The translations under genes were made by a program, and so were the position numbers. 41,347 nucleotides of DNA from Anaerolineales bacterium (GTDB lineage: Bacteria; Chloroflexota; Anaerolineae; Anaerolineales; Villigracilaceae), in contig DATIPW010000057.1 in the NCBI GenBank assembly GCA_035471605.1, positions 1-41,347 on the forward strand, read 5' to 3'. The notes under the pieces are model-generated. The model was not told where the DNA came from. It made no database searches and saw only the letters and a list, made by a program, of their open reading frames with translations. Positions 27,231 to 33,210 of the stretch are shown here, in pieces; positions within the stretch are counted from its first letter, which is position 1; each line of letters opens with the position of its first letter.

Positions 27231-27348
27231 ACTGATTAAGAGGCCGAGAATCGCAGATCCATATCGTATATGTGGGCCTCGTGAGTCCGTGCTGTCCCGC
27301 ATATGGGGGATCAAAGGCGTTTTCTTGTCCACTGAAAACACTGTTTCC

Positions 27349-27379
27349 ACTCTGGTTGCTGTAGGGTTGCTGTAGAGAG
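27349..27379. repeat. Direct repeat copy 2
   Basis: ACTCTGGTTGCtGTAGGGtTGCTGTAGAGAG. Internally it is a tandem of TTGCTGTAG(G/A)G. Confidence 0.6.
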
Positions 27380-27631
27380 CAGCACGGGCCGTTTCGGTGC
27401 GGCGAGTCGTTTCGCACATACGCCGCGACCCTCAAGACTCCCATTGAAGAATCTTGGCCCTGCCATCTCCTGATGCACGGCCCTGCCGCTGGTTGTGAAC
27501 CAGGGCTAGCGAACAATCGGCTCGCGGCCGATCCCAGCATTACGGTTTCCACCGGCACCTGCGGGGCTCACCTACCTGTCACCACCCTGACAGTTGCGCC
27601 CCCGACACCGTCTGTGAGAAAATTCTCTAAT

Positions 27632-27660
27632 TTGCCGTTGCCGGTCATATTTCCTATAAT
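27632..27660 (+). promoter_or_regulatory. Candidate promoter upstream of the mini-ORF/M28 peptidase
   Basis: TTGCCG (27632..27637), 17 nt, TATAAT (27655..27660). Confidence 0.4.
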
Positions 27661-27822
27661 TTGAAGTGTAGGCCGCAGCCCATCCGTCCAGGGATTGCGC
27701 AGCAAGATGCTCGATCTGTGCACCGCCGGAGACAGCCTTCTGCCAGTGGTCCGCATGCGGAAGGCCAGGAGAATCATCGACCCCGCCGGCGAGCCATGTG
27801 GCACCGAGAAGAGGAGGTATGG

Positions 27823-27909
27823 ATGTCTGAGAATCATGCGATGCGCCGTCCAAGACGCCAGACCACTTGGCTCCTCATCACCCCAATCCTGAGTGGAGAC
27901 GCAGCATGA
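27823..27909 (+). CDS. Possible 28-aa upstream ORF translationally coupled to the M28 peptidase
   Basis: A strong SD GAGGAGG lies 5 nt before ATG 27823. The peptide is MSENHAMRRPRRQTTWLLITPILSGDAA. Its TGA overlaps the peptidase ATG (ATGA at 27906..27909). No homology is recognised. Confidence 0.25.
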   Translation: MSENHAMRRPRRQTTWLLITPILSGDAA

Positions 27910-30236
27910 AGACAGGCTCCTTCTCACGCATAGCGATACTCTCCCTGGTTCTTCTTGGGGCAGGATGGCTCGCACTCTACAAGACCAGACCGCCCGCCGT
28001 TGAACCGGCCAGCGCGCCGGAGACCGAGTTCTCGGCAGCGCGGGCGATGAAACACCTCGCTGCCATCAGCCAGGAGCCGCACGTTACCGGTTCGCCGGAA
28101 CTCTATAGAGTCCGGGACTACATCCTGGGCGAGTTGATGAGTCTGGGGCTTGAGTCGAAAACGCAGTTGGCTGTGGCGCAAAATCCGATCAATGATATGA
28201 AGGTGGCTTTGGCCGAGAACATCCTTTCAGTCATACCGGGCACAAGTCCCAGCAAAGCCATTCTGATCATCGGCCACTACGATACGCCCCCAACCTCACC
28301 GGGGGCCGCCGATGATGGTACCGCCGTAGCCGCCATGCTCGAAACTGCGCGCGCGCTGGCAGCCGGCACCCCCCTGCAGAACGATGTCGTTCTCCTCTTT
28401 TCCGATGCGGAGGATACAGCCTTGAGTGGGGCGTACGCCGCCCTCAAGGACCCGTGGCTCTCCAATGTGGGCCTTGTCGTCAATCTCGAAATGCGCGGTG
28501 GCGGGGGGCCGGTCTATATGTTTGAAAGCGGGCGGCAGAACGGTTGGATCATCCCCGAGTTCGCCAAAGCCGTTCCGTATCCGGCCACCTCATCGCTGAT
28601 GCGCGTGGTGTACGGACTGATGCCGAACAATACCGATTTCACGGGGTATCGCGACGCCGGGTATGCCGGTTTCAACTTCGGGGCGCTGGAGCAGGCCACG
28701 CAGTACCATACGCCGTTGGCGACAGTTGAGGAACTCGACGCGCGGTCCATCCAGCATCATGGCTCCTACACCCTCGGAATCGCACGTCATTTTGGGAACC
28801 TGGACCTGGGCAACGTGGCAGCCAGCGACGCAGTCTATTTCGACCTGCTGCAGTCAACTCTGATCCACTATCCAGGCTTCCTGGCTGTGCCTCTGGCGAT
28901 ACTGACGATCCTGCTCTTCATGCTGGCGGTGGTCATAGGCCTGCGCAGAGGACTCCTGCATGCCGGAGGCTTTGGCCGCGGATTCATGGCTTTCTTGGCG
29001 GTCCTGGTCGCAGGGCCTGGAGCAGTGACCCTGCTGTGGTTCATCATCCGCGCCACGGTGAATCCACCTGTGGTCGAGGGAGATACGTACAACAGCCTGC
29101 TCTATCTTCTGGGGTTTGGGCTGCTGGTCGTGGCAATCACGGCTGCCCTGTACAACGCTTTCCGCCGCAGGGTGAGCACAGCCAATCTGGCCGTTGGTGC
29201 CCTGCTGTGGTGGGTGGTGTTCTTGCTTGTCGTAACGATAATGTTTCCCCTGGCAAACTATCTCTTCACCTGGCCGCTCCTGTTTGCCCTCATCGGCGTA
29301 GCGTACCTCTTCTCGTCGAGTGGTCAGAAGTCCCTGACTTGGATGGGCGTGGCCCTTCTATCTGTTGCGGGCCTCCCCGGAGTGCTGCTTATGCTGCCAG
29401 CCACGCACCAGACATCCATGGCACTCGTCCAGTTGCTCAGCGTGACGGGAGCAGGGCTGGTCTTGCTATCCTTCCTTCTAGGGCTGCTCGTGCCACATCT
29501 GGCGGTCATGGCCGCATCCAATTCTGGGCTGGGCCGGTGGTGGCTTCCCGTCGGATCAGCCGCCCTTGGAATAGTGGTGCTGATCGTGGCCATGGCTACG
29601 GTGCGCGCAGACGCCAGGCACCCTCGGGTCTTCCACCTCATATACGGCCTGGATGCGGACACCGGAGAGACGATGTGGGCGAGTATCGATTCTTCAAAGT
29701 TCTCTCGAGAGTGGTCAGGAAAGTTCTTCTCTGAACAGGCCACGAGGGAGCCCTTGCCCCAGTTCTTTGGGCTTGATCGCCCCGTGTTCTTGATCGACAG
29801 GGCCCCGGCTGCGCCTTTGTCTCCACCTGAGATAGTGGTGCTCGAGGATACTCAAGCAGGCGACGTTCGCAATCTGCGTCTTTCGGTCACCTCAACGCGA
29901 GGGGCGACCCACGTCAAGTTCTACGTCGAGGCGCCGACTCAAGTGCTATCAGCGGCCATCAACGGCGAACCGATCAAAGTCGCCGAGAATCCGCCCGAGC
30001 GCGGGGAACCGTGGGAGTTAAGGTATTGGGGACCGCTCGCCGACGGCATGGAACTGAGCCTGGAGGTCACGTCACAGCAAGCGATCCAGATGCGCGTCGT
30101 GGAAGTGGCAGTAGGCTTGCCCGAAAGCCTTGTGCAATCGATCGCCCCACGGCCGGACGACATGACCAGTTTCACCTGCTGGTGCCGCGACGATGGTGAC
30201 ATGACCCTGATCACAAGTGCCCTTACCTTCCGGTAG
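27906..30236 (+). CDS. Polytopic membrane M28-family metallopeptidase
   Basis: N-terminal TM, then M28 blocks IIGHYDTPPTSPGAADDGTAVAAMLE, FSDAEDTALSGA, NLEMRGGGGP and YHTPLATVEELD. About 8 hydrophobic helices follow, then a soluble C-terminal domain. SD GGAGA lies before ATG 27906. Confidence 0.85.
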   Translation: MKTGSFSRIAILSLVLLGAGWLALYKTRPPAVEPASAPETEFSAARAMKHLAAISQEPHVTGSPELYRVRDYILGELMSLGLESKTQLAVAQNPINDMKVALAENILSVIPGTSPSKAILIIGHYDTPPTSPGAADDGTAVAAMLETARALAAGTPLQNDVVLLFSDAEDTALSGAYAALKDPWLSNVGLVVNLEMRGGGGPVYMFESGRQNGWIIPEFAKAVPYPATSSLMRVVYGLMPNNTDFTGYRDAGYAGFNFGALEQATQYHTPLATVEELDARSIQHHGSYTLGIARHFGNLDLGNVAASDAVYFDLLQSTLIHYPGFLAVPLAILTILLFMLAVVIGLRRGLLHAGGFGRGFMAFLAVLVAGPGAVTLLWFIIRATVNPPVVEGDTYNSLLYLLGFGLLVVAITAALYNAFRRRVSTANLAVGALLWWVVFLLVVTIMFPLANYLFTWPLLFALIGVAYLFSSSGQKSLTWMGVALLSVAGLPGVLLMLPATHQTSMALVQLLSVTGAGLVLLSFLLGLLVPHLAVMAASNSGLGRWWLPVGSAALGIVVLIVAMATVRADARHPRVFHLIYGLDADTGETMWASIDSSKFSREWSGKFFSEQATREPLPQFFGLDRPVFLIDRAPAAPLSPPEIVVLEDTQAGDVRNLRLSVTSTRGATHVKFYVEAPTQVLSAAINGEPIKVAENPPERGEPWELRYWGPLADGMELSLEVTSQQAIQMRVVEVAVGLPESLVQSIAPRPDDMTSFTCWCRDDGDMTLITSALTFR

Positions 30237-30692
30237 GGGATACAGATCTGCCGCCGTCGCCGCACGCAACCTGCTCGCGCAGAGGCGGGCCTCCCGTTGC
30301 AGGTTCGTGATCCTTGCCAGTTCCCGAGGGCGGCCGCATTGGACTCGTCCCGCTGGTTGGGCGGCCTGACCTCCTGTCTATTCTGGGGATACTCCACGCC
30401 CATGCTCCGGTCTTGCTCGTGGAGGGCGAGGACCTGTGGTCTGTTCATTGTGTGCGCGATGCTGCCGGGCGCCGGCCATCGGGGCCGTATCTCTCTCGGT
30501 CGAAGTGAGCCACACCCAGGTAGTCCAGTTTGTTTACGATGAGCGAATGGCCGCGCTTTCGCGCCTCGAACGTTGAAGCGCGACTTCGGGGAAATCGCTC
30601 TAGAAGCTCTCGTCCAAGCGGCAAGCAGAAGCCTCAAGGATCGCCATGGGCCTGATTAGTGGGCCAGCCAGCCATTATCCCGGCCCAATGCG

Positions 30693-30720
30693 AGGCCAAG
30701 CGGATCACGGAGCTTGGCCT
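30693..30720 (-). terminator. Hairpin downstream of the small Cys/His-rich gene
   Basis: AGGCCAAGC (30693..30701) pairs perfectly with GCTTGGCCT (30712..30720), giving a 9-bp stem and 10-nt loop. It lies about 38 nt past the 30758 stop. No U tract follows. Confidence 0.35.
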
Positions 30721-30757
30721 CGCATCGCCTACCTCGTGGAAGGGATTGCCCGGTCAC

Positions 30758-30916
30758 TCACATGGCGTGCATCAAGTGATCGCATCCGAAGAGATAGTGG
30801 CAAATGGGCAACACATTGTGGAATGTGCAAGCCACCAGGAAGAGGGCGATCACACCCGCGAGCGAGAAGATAATCACCCGATGGTGCCTATCCATTACTG
30901 AATATACTGCGGTCAT
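30758..30916 (-). CDS. Small (52 aa) single-TM protein with Cys/His-rich tail, DUF2933-like
   Basis: SD GGAGG lies before ATG 30916. The protein is MTAVYSVMDRHHRVIIFSLAGVIALFLVACTFHNVLPICHYLFGCDHLMHAM. The C-terminal C..H....C.HLMH resembles the CPLMH(L)FMH tail I recall for DUF2933. Confidence 0.35.
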   Translation of the reverse strand: MTAVYSVMDRHHRVIIFSLAGVIALFLVACTFHNVLPICHYLFGCDHLMHAM

Positions 30917-30964
30917 CTTGGTGCCTCCTGTTCCTATGTGCTTCAAACGGAAGATCATGGAATC

Positions 30965-31333
30965 TCAGTTGCGGGGTCCGACGGCTTTGACAAGGATCGC
31001 GCCACCGACCAGAACCAAAATCAGTGGCCAGGAAATGGTCAGCGCGGCAAAGCCGCCCAAGCCAAGGATCAGGAAGATGCCGGCCCAAACCCAATCCCAG
31101 GCGGTGGCACTCGGAGCATCGGGCGACGAAAGACGGTAGAGAGCACCCAACAGCCCGAGGACGCCGGCGCCAAGGAAGATCCAACTCCAGGCGTCCGCAG
31201 AGCCAAACCTCGGTAGAACACCCATGCTGTCGGCGCCGAACACGAGCCCGGCCCAGATCAGCACAACTGCCCACCAGATCCCCTCCAAACGCTGACGTTC
31301 CTTCTTCTGCCCCATAATCCCTTCTTGTGTCAT
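30965..31333 (-). CDS. Small integral membrane protein (about 4 TM), unknown function
   Basis: An excellent SD AAGGAGG precedes ATG 31333. The sequence has Trp/Gly-rich hydrophobic segments (GIWWAVVLIWAGLVFG, WSWIFLGAGVLGLLGAL, WDWVWAGIFLILGLGGF, WPLILVLVGGAIL). Confidence 0.6.
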   Translation of the reverse strand: MTQEGIMGQKKERQRLEGIWWAVVLIWAGLVFGADSMGVLPRFGSADAWSWIFLGAGVLGLLGALYRLSSPDAPSATAWDWVWAGIFLILGLGGFAALTISWPLILVLVGGAILVKAVGPRN

Positions 31334-31466
31334 GTTTGCCTCCTTACAGGAAAGTCCGACCAACGTTCGCAGTATAGAATCCAGTGCGGTGAGATGTCAT
31401 CACATCATCTGGTGATTCATGGGGTGGTTTGTCCTGCTGCCCGAACTGCAGCCTGCTACATGAGAA

Positions 31467-31518
31467 GGCCTCGGCATGGTGCCGAGGCCCGGAAAAGCGG
31501 CTGGCGATCAAAAGCCGC
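31467..31518 (-). terminator. Tandem hairpin terminators after the SQS/PSY-family gene
   Basis: On the minus strand, GCGGCT, 10 nt, AGCCGC is followed by TTTTCC (31518..31491). Next comes a perfect 9-bp GGCCTCGGC/GCCGAGGCC hairpin (31489..31467) followed by TTCTCAT. Confidence 0.5.
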
Positions 31519-31648
31519 CGTTGGCTCCATCCCGCCCAAGGGCTACACGACGTATCCTGGTGTCGTTCCCGGTGAGACCGGCCTCACAACATGCCGCAGA
31601 TGGCGGCGTGGGCCGGCATAGATGGCGCTCTCCCTACGTAGCCCGTGC

Positions 31649-32665
31649 TCATTGCCGAGTTCGCGGCTGTCGAGCACGAAACACATGCGCTCGGCGATAC
31701 GCATGCCGGATCGCTATGGCTATGCTGAGCCAGAGCATCCTAGGCCAGACCCACTCGGACTTGTACTCAGCTCGCAGAGCATAGCCGTCACCTTCTATGG
31801 TGTCCAAGATGCTTTCAAATCGGGCACAGTACCAGTAGCCCGCGATCTTGCAGCGCAGGACCTCCAAGCTTTCCAGATATCTCTTGCCTTCTCTGAACTG
31901 TCTCCGAGCCAGCTCCGTGCGTTCTTGCACCCAGGCCCGGAACGGCGGGCTGTCAATATCTCCCGGGGCAATGCCGTGCTCATCCAGGTATTCCTGATGG
32001 ATGTTGATGTAACCATTATCAATGTCGCGAACCGTATCTCTGAGCAGGTGGACGATGTGCGCGCCATGGGCAGCCAGATAGCGGCTTTCACCATCAGGAT
32101 ATGCGGCCTCGTTCCCAATGAAGTATTGCAGCCCATCCGTCACGGATCGCGCCAGCCAGCCTGAGTAGGAATCCAGCTGCTCCCTCCGGACGGTGGACCC
32201 TTTGCGACGGGCATCGAACTCGATGACGGCGAACATGTTCTCTATGAAGGATCGCAGCCCGGCCTTTCCATTCTTGTGGTTGTGCACAAGATCCGCAAGC
32301 ATTTCTTCTTCTGCACTAAGGTCGGCGGGGCGTTGCCTGGCATGGAGAGCCTCGATCAGCTTCCTTTGTCGTTTGATAAAGGAGAGTCTTTGACCATCCG
32401 ACCGGGCGGTCTGGTCAACCACATCGTCAGCCCAGCGGAAGTAGGCATACGCCCTGCAGAAATCGCCTACGAGATGGCTATCTACCAGGAGCTGTGCAGT
32501 GTAGAACGCCTGCTTGCTGCTGGCGCGGGTGATGGACCTGGCCAGCTCTTCACTTGAGACGATATCTCCTTGCACGATGGCCGCCGGTTCAAGCCGATTT
32601 CTGTACTTGGCCATCCCCTCGTTGCGCTCCGTCATTTCCGATAGGTCACCCGCCATGTGTTTCAT
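31649..32665 (-). CDS. Squalene/phytoene synthase family protein (divergent)
   Basis: SKQAFYTAQLL....FCRAYAYFRWADDVVDQ is the first Asp-rich block. GAHIVHLLRDTVRDIDNGYINI is the second. Start taken at ATG 32665, which overlaps the upstream stop (ATGA). The maximal ORF reaches 32689. Confidence 0.8.
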   Translation of the reverse strand: MKHMAGDLSEMTERNEGMAKYRNRLEPAAIVQGDIVSSEELARSITRASSKQAFYTAQLLVDSHLVGDFCRAYAYFRWADDVVDQTARSDGQRLSFIKRQRKLIEALHARQRPADLSAEEEMLADLVHNHKNGKAGLRSFIENMFAVIEFDARRKGSTVRREQLDSYSGWLARSVTDGLQYFIGNEAAYPDGESRYLAAHGAHIVHLLRDTVRDIDNGYINIHQEYLDEHGIAPGDIDSPPFRAWVQERTELARRQFREGKRYLESLEVLRCKIAGYWYCARFESILDTIEGDGYALRAEYKSEWVWPRMLWLSIAIAIRHAYRRAHVFRARQPRTRQ

Positions 32666-32940
32666 CGTTCCTGGCAGTTTGCCTGGCATTTCGGGGAGTT
32701 GGCCATGGTCCTGACGGACAGCAGCTTCAGATTCATATTGCGGATCTTGAGCAGAACGCTGTGCAAGGCGGTTTGATCGACCAGGCGCCCGCAGAGGGTA
32801 GTGGTCCCATCTCTTTCACGACAGAGAGCCATGTCCTCGAAAGATTCCTTCCATCTGTCATGCAGATGCCCGTCCACGCGAATCTCGTAGATTTCAGGTT
32901 CAGAATGAACGGCGCGTGACGCCGATGGCTCCTTCATCAT
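32662..32940 (-). CDS. Conserved small protein (about 92 aa) of unknown function
   Basis: SD GAGGT lies before ATGATG 32940. The sequence EIYEIRVDGHLHDRWKESFEDMAL....TTLCGRLVDQTALHSVLLKIRNMNLKLLSV matches a recurrent hypothetical-protein family (YEIR..GHL...W...F.......T.L.G...DQAALHG.L.KIR.L.L.L.SV). The family call is from memory and I know no named domain for it. Confidence 0.6.
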   Translation of the reverse strand: MMKEPSASRAVHSEPEIYEIRVDGHLHDRWKESFEDMALCRERDGTTTLCGRLVDQTALHSVLLKIRNMNLKLLSVRTMANSPKCQANCQER

Positions 32941-33210
32941 TACCTCACGGCGATCTCGATGTCCACCGGGAGCGCGTCCCGACTGGAACCGGCAGGTGGT
33001 GCTCTCCCGTGACCGCCAGGCCGAATGCTTCAGACGTCCTCGCACCGTGCCTGGATCAAGCCACCTGCATTCTGCCAGGCAAAGTGGTGATTCGTCATCA
33101 CCGGATGTGGTGATTGAACGGGTGATTCTTGTCATGCACGGAGTGACGAGGCCGTTGGGCCCGGCGCTGGGTACTGTGATCATCCTACCGGGACGACCGC
33201 CTTCCAGAAG

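Noticed and set aside
27199-27290. Possible complete tRNA gene on the minus strand
   Set aside because: Only the T-arm and the 3' acceptor strand fold. The upstream 60 nt give no complementary 5' acceptor strand, D-arm or 5-bp anticodon stem. I tried several registers, including a TAA anticodon. It is kept only as a fragment.
26874-27419. 181-aa minus-strand ORF crossing the integrase-remnant region
   Set aside because: It spans the terminator hairpin, the tRNA fragment and both direct repeats. Its internal 'repeat' (LYSNPTATRVE / LYYSTPTATRVV) is just the translated DNA repeat. It has no SD and no family resemblance.
27640-27646. GACCGGC (minus strand), which could pair with the tRNA fragment's acceptor strand and suggest an intron-split tRNA
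   Set aside because: It lies about 430 nt away. The adjacent sequence forms no D-arm, and it overlaps the better-supported promoter spacer. I treat it as coincidental 7-mer complementarity.
29939-30637. 232-aa minus-strand ORF
   Set aside because: Its 3' part overlaps the well-supported M28 peptidase 3' end in antisense. Its composition is Arg/Pro-rich and it has no SD. The underlying region is reported only as possibly decayed sequence.
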